A stretch of DNA of 52,375 bases. It comes from Octopus sinensis (Eukaryota). Shown here one piece after another: positions 10,551 through 22,790 of this stretch. The DNA lies in contig NW_021829608.1 of assembly GCF_006345805.1 (NCBI RefSeq), forward strand, positions 1-52,375, read 5' to 3'. Position numbers and translations under genes: made by a program. The notes under the pieces are model-generated. The model was not told the origin of the DNA and searched no databases. It saw only the letters and a program-made list of their open reading frames with translations. Positions within the stretch are counted from its first letter, which is position 1. Each line of letters begins with the position of its first letter.

Positions 10551-11548
10551 ATAACATACGAAGTACATTATTGATTTATTGGGAAAATAGCTCCGTTGCC
10601 AGAGAGGTTCTTGACCATATGCTAAATCGACAGTTTTGACCAATAAAAGTAACTTATAATAAATCCCTTATTCCGTTTACATGTCATACATGAAAAAACA
10701 ACCAAATCTACTTGAAATTGTCTTCAAAAACACAAACGATAGAAACGAAAAGTCGGTTGAATATTATATAGTCCTGGAAATAAAATCAGAGCTGACCTGG
10801 ATATAAAGCAACTACAATTATAACAAGAACAAGAACACAACAACAACAACAGCAACAACTTATGAATCAATTTCATTACTTGTTATCTGCTCCAAATAGG
10901 AGATGCTGTTAACGGAGTATGCAACGGTTGCTTATGGCAAAATACATTTGTTGGAATAAGAAAATGTACGATTGATCAAATGTTTAAAAAAATATATATA
11001 TAAATGATTTCATTGCTAAGAAAACAGCTGTAGCAAATAACGGAACACGAAAATGGTTTTAATGAATAAAAGACAACGCGGTTATTATTATATTCCTTTC
11101 TTCATTTAATGGTTTTAATCTTTGGATTGAAGCCAATCTAAGGCACGGCCTTCAAGAGATTTTTATTTGTTTTCTGTTTTTTTTTTGTTTTTTTGTTGTT
11201 TTTTTTGTTTGCATCGATTATTATCGACTCCTGAACTCATTGACTAATGTTTGTTTTATCGATCGCTTACTTATTGAATGGCTAGGTCTTTTCTTCGATA
11301 AAGAAAGATACGTCACAAAAATACTGAAATATCACTAGAAGACTTTTTTTAATCGATGCACTGATTTACCTCAATACAGGTACGCGTGCATACGCAGGTG
11401 TGTGTAAAAAATACGGACAAACACACACAATCACAAACGCAGACACGCGTATACGTGTGTGTGTGTGTTTGTGTGTGCATGTTTCTACATATGTATGTGT
11501 GTCTGTGTATGCATATATATTTATAAATATTTATAGATACATTTGTAT

Positions 11549-11589
<41 letters not shown>

Positions 11590-12067
11590 CTTACATGCGC
11601 GCGCAAGTGTGTTTGTACGCATTCACTTTTATGTGGAATAAGTGCTTACTTCGAAGTCACTGTCGAACATTTCTTTGCAGGAGTTAATATGTACCCTACT
11701 AAAAGATACTGAGTAATGCATTACCTGAATGTTATATTGTTTTTTATAAAGCATTTTTTTTTATTTAGGCGCAAGCGTGGCTGCGTGGTAAGAAGCTTGC
11801 TTTCTAATCACATGGTTCCGGGTTCAGTGTACGGCAAGTGTCTTCTATTGCAGCCTCGACCCGACCAAAGCCTTGTGAGTGGATTTGGTTGACGGGAACT
11901 CTGTGTGTAGACGGAAACTGACAGACACCCTTCATATGTGTGTCTTTGTACTTGTTTTTGCCCTCCATCACCACTTGACAACCGGTATTGGTATATTTAC
12001 GTCCCCGTAACATTAGCAAAAGAGCCTAATAGAATAAATATCAGGCTTAACCAATAGGAAAAACAAA

Positions 12068-12473
12068 TACAACTGATGAGGAATTATTTACATTATTTAT
12101 ATTATTTACATTGACGGATATTTGTCCTCAACTTTTCAGCTGATATACCATCCAGTATTCATCAGCTGTCTTGGAGAAATTCCGAACCTGGGTTTTCATT
12201 CCTAAGGTATTTTTAGATGCTATTATTATTGTTGTTATTATCATTCAGATCACTGCCTGGAATCGAACTCCTAATTTTGAGGTTAGTAGCCCGCGCTCTT
12301 AACCACTACGCCATATGCCCACAGCGTATGGCGTAGTGGTTAAAAAATGACAGCCCGGGTTCAAAATTTCCCCAAGACACCTGATGAAGGCTGGAGGGTA
12401 TATCAGCCGAAACGTTGTGTTAACAACAAACAAAATGAGGACAGATACATTTCAATTGGAAATAATGTAAATA
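12068..12473. mobile_element. Head-to-head pair of tRNA-headed SINEs carrying a minimal hammerhead ribozyme
   Basis: The minus copy (about 12322 to 12070) has a tRNA-like head GGCATATGGCGTAGTGGTTAAGAGCGCGGGCTACTAACC...GAGTTCGATTCC, an (ATA)n linker and a damaged hammerhead. The plus copy (about 12323-12473) is internally deleted but has an intact hammerhead. A 12-bp direct repeat AGGAAAAACAAA lies at 12056-12067 and 12474-12485. Confidence 0.8.
12377..12420 (+). ncRNA. Minimal type I hammerhead ribozyme (stem III reduced to ACGU)
   Basis: ACAC-CTGATGA-A-GGCTG-gagggtatat-CAGCC-GAAA-CGTT-GTGT. Confidence 0.8.
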
Positions 12474-12639
12474 AGGAAAAACAAAACACATAAATACATG
12501 GGTCAATTCATTCCACTAAAAATTCATCAAGGCGGTGCTTTAGCATGGCCGCAGTCTAATGACTGGAACAAGTAAAAGATAAAGATAGAAGAACTTAGCA
12601 TAAAAGAACTATTATTATACACATATAATCAAGTACGTA

Positions 12640-13492
12640 AGAGGTCTGATCAATAAGTATCCGGACTGTTGCCATAGTAACGAAGCTAAAGCACACAGAG
12701 TAAATCTGCTCGACAACAATTGACTTTTGAACTCTGTTGTGCATGCGCACTATGTTTTAACGTTCTAGCTCACTTCCGCTGTTTCCAGCAGTGCTTGGAA
12801 GAAACGTGTGTAGCATGTGATCGTCGCATTCACCATGACAGAGAAAGGTGTCGTGGCGATATCTACAGAGAACCCTACGCAAAGTTGCAGTTGGAGAGGT
12901 GTGTATGAGCCGCACACAAGTCTAGAAGTGGTTTAGACGCTTCCAAGATGGCTGAAAAAATGTCGATATTGACGAGTGTTCTCGGAAAACTGAGAAACAC
13001 ATTGCAGGTGTGAGTGCAGCTGTGAGGGGAATTCGTCGAATCACCATCCGTGAGTTATCCGAGGATGTGCAGATAAGTTACGGTTCAGTTCAGCCCGTTA
13101 TTATTGAAGTTTCGGGTATGAGACGCGTGTCTGCCAAGTTTGTGTCAAAAACTGTTTTCAGCTGATCAAAAAGACACTTGGGTTTCAGTTGCACAAGATC
13201 TCCCTGATTGTGTCGAGAATGATGAAATCTTTTTGAAAATTTTGCGTAGGCCTCTGAGCAGGTATCGCAAAGCTTTTGTCAAAATTTGATGCAGATTCTC
13301 TGCTCATCTGTCTCTGTTATGGTTAATGCGACAACCAAGCACTGCTGTAAGGAGCGAAAGCGAGCTAGAAGGTTAAAATTTAGTACGCATACACAGCAGA
13401 GTTCAAGGCCAATCTGTACCAAGCGGCTTCACCCTGCGTGCTTTAACTTCGTTACTATGACCACATTCCGTATACTTATTGATCAGACCACG
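12640..13492 (+). mobile_element. Internally deleted mariner (Tc1/mariner) DNA transposon
   Basis: About 55-bp imperfect TIRs (gaggtctgatcaataagtatccgga...catagtaacgaagctaaagc / gctttaacttcgttactatg...tacttattgatcagaccacg) with TA flanks. Transposase HTH remnants include WFRRFQDG, RRITIRELSEDVQISYGSVQ and GMRRVSAKFV. The catalytic DD34D region is missing. Confidence 0.9.
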
Positions 13493-14149
13493 TATGTGTG
13501 CGTATTTATATGTTAAGGCAATAGAATTGTCGGCTTTATATGGTGAGATCTATAAGGATATAATTTTCTGTATATGTATTTTGTTGTTGTGTATGTGTAT
13601 GTGTATGTGTATGTGCAAACATACATCGGATTTCATCAGGTATTTTTTTTTCACCCAAATTTCACTCACAAATCATATGCATACATTTGTACATACAAAC
13701 AAGCACGTGGCTAGAAAGGAATCGTAGCATTTAGTTACGTAACCTTGTTTTGGATTTGAGTCTGTTATATTTAGCCTTCCGGAGTCGACAACATGAACAC
13801 AATTCAAATATTGAGATCAATCTAATTGACTAAATAACTTCCACAGCTCCGTTGCTTTTGTACACCAGCATATTGCGAAAACAAACAAAAATCAATAATT
13901 TAAGAATAATTTTACAAATGAAATAAGATTGTTAAAGCAAAAATAATAGTCGACTTAATGTTTCTAAACTGTTTGGATAATTACTTTTTCATAGTGAAAA
14001 TATACCTTTGGCTAACATTTTTCTCTATTATAATTTTGATTTTAATTTTTAATTTTTAATCGTCATACATTTTATTTTATGAATGTCCGTTAGAAACATT
14101 TTATCGATTTTGTACATGCGTATGTGTGTATGAGTGTATTCGTATATGA

Positions 14150-14233
14150 ATGTATCTATATATATACATATATATATATAAATATGCATATGAATATATA
14201 TATATAATATATTATATATATATATATATATGC

Positions 14234-14313
<80 letters not shown>

Positions 14314-14340
14314 AAAGAGAGAGAGAGAAGGAAAGATAGG
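14150..14340. repeat. (TA)n and (GA)n microsatellite
   Basis: Direct reading of the sequence. Confidence 0.95.
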
Positions 14341-14669
14341 CAGGCAATGACAGAAAGATATAGAGAAAGAAAGAAAAACAGGGTCTGCTTTAAGTTTGCA
14401 CTGTAAAACACTGTATGCAAATTCTATGATTTTTTTTATTAAACAAATTATTAAAATTTGTTGCATTCAAACCAAATGATGGAAATGTTCTTTTGAAGAT
14501 GGGTTGCAACTTGTAGTCTTCGAAATCGCTGTAAAAATGTTATATTCGTCAATGATTGCAAAATGTAATTCTTCAATTTTGAGATGATAGCTTATTCTTG
14601 AGACACATCCATCAAGAAGACTTCAAAAGATAGTCAAATCGGAAGATCTAAGGAGCCTTTCCCAAAGCT

Positions 14670-15030
14670 CCTTAAGAAAATGACAACCGAAAAATCCTGT
14701 GGAAGGTAATGATTCAGTGCGATCACCTAACCGGACAGGAAACTGGACATTATTGTGCTGAATAAAAAAGAAAGAACAAGTATGATTATCGACATAGCAT
14801 GCTCCGGTGACAACATGATCAATGTGAAAGAACAAGAAAAATTAAGCAACTATGACGGTTTGAAGTGGGAAATACGAAGTTTGTGATCAATGAAGAGAGT
14901 AGATGTGATGCCTATAGTAATTGGTGCACTTGGAAGTATCAGCACTCAACTACAAGCATGGCTGAAAAAGATTGTTATAAGTGTGAATGTTGAACACCTA
15001 CAAAAATCAGCATTGCTTGGAACTGCATTG
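14670..15030 (+). pseudogene. 3' RLE fragment of an R4/Dong-type non-LTR retrotransposon
   Basis: KILWKVMIQCD...DIIVLNKKERTSMIIDIAC...KEQEKLSNYDGLKWEI...VMPIVIGALGS...LQKSALLGTA, i.e. a PD-(D/E)xK RLE followed by the C-terminal GALG / K-xx-LLGTA motifs. Confidence 0.85.
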
Positions 15031-17460
15031 CTAGGAAAAATTGAGCAATGGTTAAGAGGAAACTGGAAAAATGGGAAAATGTCCGACCGAGAAAAATTAG
15101 ATAAGAAATATAAAATACGGAAGAACGGGTTTGATGCAGTAATGGAGCAGTTAAAACAGAGGATCATGGCAAAATTCAGAAGATCAGAAGATTTGTCATC
15201 AGAAAGAAGCAGTTCGAGAACAGATTGTTCAAAAGTAACATGAAGCAATTCTTCCAAACGTTAGAAGGAGACAATGGGGAAAATATTTCTCCTAATGCAA
15301 ATCAAGCCAAGGAATTCTGGAGCGGAATATGGGGAAACAATGTGGTGCATAAAAGGGATGCAATGTGGATAAGAATTATCAAGACAGAATTACAAGGTGG
15401 AAAGAAACAAAGGAATATTGTCATAAGCAAGGGTGATGTGAAAAAACAAGTGGGTAAAGGGCCCAACTGGAAAGCCCCAGGACCGGATGGGATTCATGGC
15501 TTCGAGCTGAAGAGATGCCACGCGGTTCATGAATGACTAGCAGCCCAACTGAATGTGTCTAGAAAAGTACAGCCCCGCTGTGGTTGGTGACTGGGAGAAC
15601 AACACTTGTAATGAAAGATAGAAGGGGAATATTGTGGGAAACTACTGTTCCATAGCATAACATAATCTGGAAGATACTCACTGGAATATGTGCAGCAAAG
15701 ACATACACTTTTGTGGCACAGAAAGAAATACTACCAAGGGAACAAAAAGGATGTAGGAAGAGTTCTCAGAGTACTAAGCATCATCTGGATATCGATAAAG
15801 CAGTTTTGAGGCATTGCAAAAAAAATCATACAAACAGGTCTATTGGCTTGGATTGATTTTTAAGAAGGCATAGGATATGGTGCCTCATTCTTGGATCGTT
15901 GAATACCTGCAGATGTTTGGTGTTGCTGACAACATCATAAATTTTCTGATGCATAGAATGAAAGAGTGGAAAACCAAATTGTAGTCAAGTAATGTATTCC
16001 TTGGAGAAGTTAATATTAAAATGGGAATCTTCCAAGGTGACTCGCTTTCTCCGTAACGTTTTGTAATTGCACTAATACCTATAACAACGACACTTAGGAA
16101 AGTTAAGATGGGTTTCCGATGTGGGAAGAAAGGCCCATCATTGAACCATCTTCTGTTTATAGATGATCTAAAATTGTTTGGGAAATCTGAAAGCAGATAG
16201 ATTCTTTAACCAAAACAGTCCAAAAGTGTGATAGGGACATCGGTATGGAATTTTGGATTACAAAATGCTCAGTACTTAATATGAAGAGAGGGAAGAAAGC
16301 AGCCTGCAGAGGATTACGGTTAACGTTACCATCAGGAGAAACCACGGATGAACCCAACGATAGTGGGCATAGATATTTAGGGATTTTGGAGCTGGATGAT
16401 ATTCTACACAGAGAAATGAAAGGCAAGGACAGCGAGGCGTATCAAAAAAAGGGTGAAGATTGTGTTGAAATCCAACCTGAATGCCAAAAATTTGATTATC
16501 GCAGTGGATATCTGGTCAGTTGCGGTGGTCATATGTAGTCCTCAAATGGACTAAGGAGGAAATATAATCACTGGATAGAAGGACGAGAAAGTTGATGTCA
16601 CTGCATGGGGCGCTACACCCTAGAGCAAACGTAAACAGATTGTATATGAAAAGAAAGAATTGTGGCTGAGGACTAATTAGTATAGACCATTGTATAAGGA
16701 GTGAAAGAAGAACTCTTGCAGAGTATTTGATAAATTGTGATGAAGACCTGCTGCAATATGCCGCGAAAGATATGGGTGTAAATGCAGATGAAACGATGGG
16801 CAAGGAAGGGTTTAACCAAAGGGCTGAGGAGAAGAGAAAAGAAGACCTTCTTGAAATGAGAATGTATGGACAGTTTGAAAGGGGTACACAAAAACGTTAA
16901 GGATAATACAGCACTGTGGGTATGGCTTGAGCGAGGTGATTTGAAGCGTACCACCGAAAGCCTGATCATTGCTGCACAAGACCAGGCTCTCGCTACCAAT
17001 TCAGTGAAGTATAACATCTATAAAACTTCTGACACCCAGAAATGCAGACTCTGTGGAAAGGGTGTGGAAAATGTGAACCACTTGGTAAGTGGATGTGAAA
17101 GCCTTGCGCAAAAAGAATACAAGCGCCGTCACGGTAAAGTGTGTGTGTAATTCATTAGCTCTTATGCCGTAAATACCAATATGAAGTAACAGAGAACTGG
17201 TATGAGCATGTACCAAGTAAACTTATGTAGACGGATGGAAAACTAACGATACTCTGGGACTATGATTTTCAGATGGATCGTTTAATCGAACACCGTCGGC
17301 CGGATATTGTCATATTGAATAAGAGAGACAAATACTGTCAAATCATTGATGTAGCCATACCAAATTACATGAATGTTGTGAGTAAAGTGGTTTTTAAAAA
17401 TCACCAAGTACTCCAAACTGAAAGTAGAAATGGCAAAACTGTATATCTGACAAAGGACTA
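15031..17460 (+). pseudogene. 5'-truncated, frameshifted R4/Dong-type LINE (RT, CCHC, RLE)
   Basis: NWKAPGPDGIHGF (about 15470), NHLLFIDDLKLFGKS (16141-16190), YLGILE (about 16375), CRLCGKGVENVNHLVSGC zinc knuckle (about 17043), and HRRPDIVILNKRDKYCQIIDVAIP RLE (about 17290). Many stops and frameshifts. Confidence 0.92.
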
Positions 17461-17624
17461 ATGTCGGAAACGTTATACTTTTACTGTATAGTTTTCCCTT
17501 TATAACGTCCTCTCTTCTTTGAGAGTCAACTTGATATTAAAGTGCAGGCGTTCCTTGCACCTCCAATTTTTTGTATTTTTTGTTTTTAATCATTAACTCT
17601 ATGTGTGTGGTGGGGCGCATTACT

Positions 17625-17712
17625 TATTACATGTTTACTCATCAGACTGCAACCATGCTGTGGCCCCCACCTTGAAGTGTATAGTCGGACAAATCGATTG
17701 CAAAACTTACTC

Positions 17713-17765
<53 letters not shown>

Positions 17766-17766
17766 A

Positions 17767-17810
<44 letters not shown>
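17625..17810. repeat. Degenerate SINE-A tail followed by (GA)n
   Basis: ttacatgtttactcatcagactgcaaccatgctg resembles the SINE-A 3' end. The (GA)n tract spans 17712-17810. Confidence 0.6.
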
Positions 17811-17811
<1 letters not shown>

Positions 17812-17989
17812 AATAATGTTCTACGTTCAATACTAAGTATTCCTTAAATGACTCCTTCCGCATCGAACGAATGTCACAAAGATTGAAGTCGGCGGTGGAC
17901 AACGCACATCATTGTGTACACGAAACTGGGCCAAAATTACCATAATAATAACGGTTTTAAATTTTGGTACAAGACCAGCCAATTAAGAA

Positions 17990-18135
17990 AAGGTAAATCG
18001 ATCCCTGTACTTGACTGGTACTTTATTTTACCCATTTTCGCAAAGGTGAGAGACAAAGTTGAATTCCGCGGGATTTGAACTCAAAACGTAAAGTGATTAA
18101 CCTTATTTTCCGATCCTCCAGCGATTCTGTCAGGT
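17990..18135 (-). mobile_element. Degenerate SINE, family C
   Basis: actggtactttatttta...gatttgaactcaaaacgtaa aligns by eye with 45093-45324. Confidence 0.55.
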
Positions 18136-18208
18136 AGTAAGTATTATCTACAAAATCACTTTCGGTAACAGAAAAATGAATATCTTTCTGTAATAATCAC
18201 CATTTTCT

Positions 18209-18209
18209 G

Positions 18210-18270
<61 letters not shown>
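18209..18270. repeat. (TAA)n microsatellite
   Basis: Direct reading of the sequence. Confidence 0.95.
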
Positions 18271-18272
<2 letters not shown>

Positions 18273-18524
18273 TAATTCTTACATGTCGACATCATTGTAA
18301 ACATAGATGTTATGTAAGCTGTAGCAATAATAGGGGGAGGTTAGGGGAAAATTTTGCAAATACAGTTACAGTAGAATTTCTATCACGAAGCTTCGCTTTT
18401 CGATTAATATATGCTTACCCATCATCATCACCATCACTACCGCATTGAAATTACACATAATACCCAGTGCCATTATCACCGGTACCAAAACGATTAGCAA
18501 AATACACAACCTCTAGACTATAAT

Positions 18525-18538
18525 CACACACACACGCA

Positions 18539-18580
<42 letters not shown>

Positions 18581-18680
18581 TACATACATGCACACATACA
18601 TACATACATGCATGCATACATATATACATACATACATACATATATGCATACATACATACATACATACATACATACACACA

Positions 18681-18714
<34 letters not shown>

Positions 18715-18827
18715 CATACATACATACATACGTACATACATACATACATACATACATGCATACATACATGCATGCATGCATACATACATACATACACACA
18801 TACATACACACATACATACATACACAC

Positions 18828-18862
<35 letters not shown>
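18525..18862. repeat. (CA)n-(TACA)n-(TA)n microsatellite
   Basis: Direct reading of the sequence. Confidence 0.95.
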
Positions 18863-18863
<1 letters not shown>

Positions 18864-19241
18864 CTATATATAAACGGCAATTTGTCTGTGTGTGTCTGTG
18901 TGTCTGTTAGGTTGTACCCTCACCCTGACCACGGCTTTCAACCGATTCTGATGAAACGTGACACACACATAGCCCAATGTCATAATTCAAAACTAACGCA
19001 GCGAAAATTTTGAAAAGTTGACCCAGTTCTGAAAAAAATCGATAAATTCGATATGGGGTCGAGAATCAGAAACACAAAACAAAGACTGTCATGGGGACGC
19101 AACTCCACCTTTTTAACTCTCAAACAAAAATTTACCATAATTTTTTTTCCATTTTTTTGCTATTTTTTGGCTATAACTCTCTAAAAATGCTTTATAGTTA
19201 TTTCCCTTACAAACCCGAGCAACGCCGGGCAATACTGCTAG
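18863..19241 (+). mobile_element. Non-autonomous Helitron
   Basis: 5' end A|TCTATATATAAA, subterminal hairpin CCCGAGCAACGCCGGG, 3' end CTAG|T. Inserted in an AT dinucleotide with no TSD. Confidence 0.85.
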
Positions 19242-19464
19242 TATATATATAAATGCATATAGACACACGTACTTCATGCAGAATGGTCCCTTGAGTTATT
19301 TTCCCCACTGCTTGTTGTTGATACACATTGACAATGTATACACACCCTATCTCTTTCACACTATACACACATAAATACATACAGACTTGCACACATACAA
19401 GATAGGAGAAGATAAGACAGTCAGGTTATGTATCTATACATGTAATTGAGTGCATGTTTATATG

Positions 19465-19508
<44 letters not shown>

Positions 19509-20107
19509 TGCGAGTGCGTGTGTATGTAAACACTTTGACTATTGACTTTTCCAAATCGAACTAATATTTGCAAGCGAATAACCTCCGGGGACGAAATCTA
19601 ACACTACATAACAAATTGTATTCGTAGCGTTCACCAGCTATTTACATAGATGTTGTCTGTTCCAAACTGCATTGTCTTAATTTTGGAAAAACGACAGAGA
19701 AAAATAGATCGACTAATATTGTACGTATTATCCCTGACGTGGGCCTTTCACAGATACGAACACAATCTAGAGAGGCTTTTACCTTTAAATTACAAGCATA
19801 CTCCCAGTTGGTTAAAAATGTCCACCCACTGAATACATTGTGTGTGTTTGTGTGTGTGTAATAACAATATTCATTTTTATCATCAGACTACCATGTTACG
19901 TAAGACCTCTGCTGAAGGTATGCATATATGTGTTTTAGGTCAAAAGGCCAGGTTCCCAAATTATGTGGCGTGAATATTCCCTTTGGATGGGACAGCGGGC
20001 TGTCGCAGTGTTACTCATTTTTGACAGCAGAGTAAAGCTGAAGCAAAGTCAAATGACAATGTGTTGCACAAGAACACAACGCATCGCCCTGTTCGGGAAT
20101 CGAAACT

Positions 20108-20109
20108 GC

Positions 20110-20144
<35 letters not shown>

Positions 20145-20352
20145 ATATATAATATATATATATATTATATATATATATTATATATATATATATATATATA
20201 CATACATACATACATACATACATACATACATACATACATACATAAATACGTACGTACTACATACGTACATACATACATACGTACATACATACATACATAC
20301 ATACATACATACATACATACATTCATACATACATAGATACATACATACATAT
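20108..20352. repeat. (TA)n-(TACA)n microsatellite
   Basis: Direct reading of the sequence. Confidence 0.95.
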
Positions 20353-20420
20353 GGAAAAAATTCAAGTATATATGGAAAACATTTCAGTACCGGTTTCAGT
20401 CATTGAGACTTTTTCAACTG

Positions 20421-21125
20421 TAAGACTATAGCGGATCTTCTTCTACCATAAGGGTTTCCACATAGTGGTAATTCCCTCTTATATGTATGTAATACTATGT
20501 ACTGAGCCTCAGTTTTTTAATATGCTAGACCACTGGTGTTAAATTGATGTTATCAAATTAATATCCAATTTTTACCCGTCATTTTAATTTTAATTTTAAA
20601 TTAATACGTTCTCAAACTGGTAAAGGCTACTGCAATAAATTATTTTATGCAGTATTATTTCCGGTAATTTAGCGCGCCAAAACGAAGACTTTTGAAAAAT
20701 AACCACAGTATAATAGGTAGAACTGCATACATATTGACCTCGTGTTGATGTCTGGCGTGTAGTTCTGCAAATTATATTTGTATGGACGGTCATACTGAAG
20801 ACCTACAAATAAATTGCGTAAGTAAAATTACGTAATTTGTTGATAGTGAAACATTTGTTTATGATTAATCTATATTTTTTGTTACTTTTCATTTGTCTTG
20901 CTCGCTTACGTCTGGTGTTTGCTAATTTTCTAGAGAGAGAACAATTCTAAGTGGTAAGACCATAGCGGATCTTCTTCTAGCGTAAGGGTTTTCCACAGTA
21001 GTGGTAATTCCCCCTTATATGTATGAAATACTATTTACTGAACCTCAGTTTTTTAATATGCTAGACCACTGGTGTGTAATTGATGTTTCAAAATTAATAT
21101 CAATTTTTCAACCCTCATTTTAAAT
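20421..21125 (+). mobile_element. Hammerhead-bearing element with about 170-bp direct repeats (534-nt period)
   Basis: Diverged direct repeats at 20421-about 20587 and 20955-about 21125, with a hammerhead fold between them. (TA)n follows the right end. Confidence 0.65.
20790..20864 (+). ncRNA. Type I hammerhead ribozyme with an extended stem II
   Basis: TCATA-CTGAAGA-C-CTA..AAATTGCGTAA-gtaaaa-TTACGTAATTT..TAG-T-GAAAC-ATTT-GTT-TATGA. Stem I is UCAUA/UAUGA and stem II has an 11-bp inner helix. The first stem II pair is a C/U mismatch. Confidence 0.7.
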
Positions 21126-21128
21126 TAT

Positions 21129-21174
<46 letters not shown>

Positions 21175-21241
21175 TTTTGTAAAAACATAAATCCGGGGAA
21201 AAGCACACTCTAAGAATTAGAGCAGTTATATTAAAACTGTT

Positions 21242-21369
21242 GAAGGCCGGTTTATTGGGATTACCTTAGGTTTCCACACCCCAACAGGTTTTGGGGGTCT
21301 AACGATACACCGCAAGCGCTAAAAACCTTTATGGACGGGAAACCTAACGTAGTCCAATAAACCGCCTTC
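21242..21369. repeat. Short MITE-like inverted repeat
   Basis: gaaggccggtttattgggattaccttaggtttcc ... ggaaacctaacgtagtccaataaaccgccttc (about 33-bp imperfect arms). Confidence 0.55.
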
Positions 21370-21378
21370 TTCTATTAT

Positions 21379-21409
<31 letters not shown>

Positions 21410-21567
21410 TTATATTATACAATGTTATTCATTCTTTCTGTGAGGAACATAGTCGCGAAAAGTCAAAGATTCTTCCAGATTTCTATAGCGTCAAACTAAT
21501 ACACCTTGCTTCTTTTTCCCTCACCTGTCTCTGTCTTCTGTTTTGTAATTTTGAAAAATTTTAAACC

Positions 21568-21570
21568 ATA

Positions 21571-21604
<34 letters not shown>

Positions 21605-21665
21605 CATGTATGTATGTATGTATGTATGTATGTATGTATGTATGTATGTATGTATGTATGTATAT
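21568..21665. repeat. (TG)n-(TATG)n microsatellite
   Basis: Direct reading of the sequence. Confidence 0.95.
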
Positions 21666-21894
21666 ACACACATTTAGGATGGATGTGAGAGTTAGAGTAA
21701 AAAGAAAGAAAGAAAGAAAGAAAGGAAAAGAAATTTCATCACTGAGTATTGAGTACCGATATTTAATTATTTTTGTGTGTGAATCAGTTGTAATTTATAT
21801 TTATTTGTGTGTATATTTATGTATGTGTGAGTGTGTGTCTTAATTTATCTTGTGTAAGTGTATGAAAAAGTGTGTGAAAGAATTGTGTGAGAGA

Positions 21895-22790
21895 AATGTA
21901 GAGAGACAGAGAGAGAGAAAGGTGAGAGAGAGAGGAGAATGGTAGAGAGAGAGGAAAAGTAAGAGAGAGAAGAGAAAGGTAGAGAGAGAAAAGTAGAGAG
22001 AGAGAGAAAGGTAGAGAGAGAGAGAGAGAAAAGTAGAGAGAGAGAAAGGTAGGAGAGAGAGAGAGAAGGTAGAGAGTGAGAGAGAAAGGTAGAGAGAGAG
22101 AGAGAGAGAGGTAAGAGAGGAGAGAGAAAGGTATAGGAGAGAGAGAAAGGTAGAGAGAGAGAAAGGTAGAGAGTGAGAGAGAAAGGTAGAGAGAGAGAGA
22201 GAAAGGTAGAGAGAGAGAGTGAGAGAAAGGTAGAGAGAGAGAGAGAAGGTAGAGAGAGAGAGAAGAGAAAGGGAGAGAGAGAAAGAGAGAAAGGTAGAGA
22301 GAGAGAGAAAGGTAGAGAGTGAGAGAGAAAGGTAGAGAGAGAGAGAGAGAGAAAGTTAGAGAGAGAGAGATAAGTAGAGAGAGGAAAGGTAGAGAGAGAA
22401 GAAGAGAAAGGTATAGAGGAGAGAGAGAAAGGTAGAAGAGAGAGAGAAAGAGGTAGATAGAGGAGAGAAAAAGGTAAGAGAGAGAGAGAGAAGGTATAGA
22501 GAGAGAGAGAAAAGGTAGAGAGAGAGAGAAGAAAGGTAGAGAGAGAGAGAAAGGTAGAGAGAGAGAGAAAGGAGAGGGTGAGAGAGTAGGTGAGAGAGAG
22601 AGAGAGAAAGGTAGAGAGAGAGAGAGAAAGGTAGAGAGAGAGAGAAAGGTAGAGAGAAAGAGAGAAAGGTAGAGAGAGAGAGAAAGGTAGAGAGTGAGAG
22701 AGAAAGGTAGAGAGAGAGAGAGAGAAAGGTAGAGAGAGAGAGAGAGAGAAAGGTAGAGAGAGATAGAGAGAGTTAGAAAAGATAGACAGA
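21895..22790. repeat. Polypurine compound satellite, unit approximately AAAGGT(AG)4-9
   Basis: About 900 bp of almost pure purine on the + strand with a recurring AAAGGTAGAGAG. Confidence 0.95.

Larger units (their letters stand above)
11767..12585 (+). mobile_element. Diverged family-A-type SINE interrupted by a hammerhead-SINE palindrome
   Basis: The head AGGCGCAAGCGTGGCTGCGTGG starts at 11767 and the body runs to about 12050. The tail (aaggcggtgctttagcatggccgcagtc...aacaagtaaaaga) resumes at about 12500. Confidence 0.75.

Noticed and set aside
12255-12322. tRNA-like sequences here and at the heads of SINE families A-D
   Set aside because: They have A/B boxes but no complete cloverleaf and continue into SINE bodies, so they are not called as tRNA genes.
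21895-22790. CRISPR-like or coding interpretation of the regularly interrupted GA array
   Set aside because: The spacers are just variable (AG)n with no unique sequence, in a eukaryotic context. It is a simple polypurine satellite.
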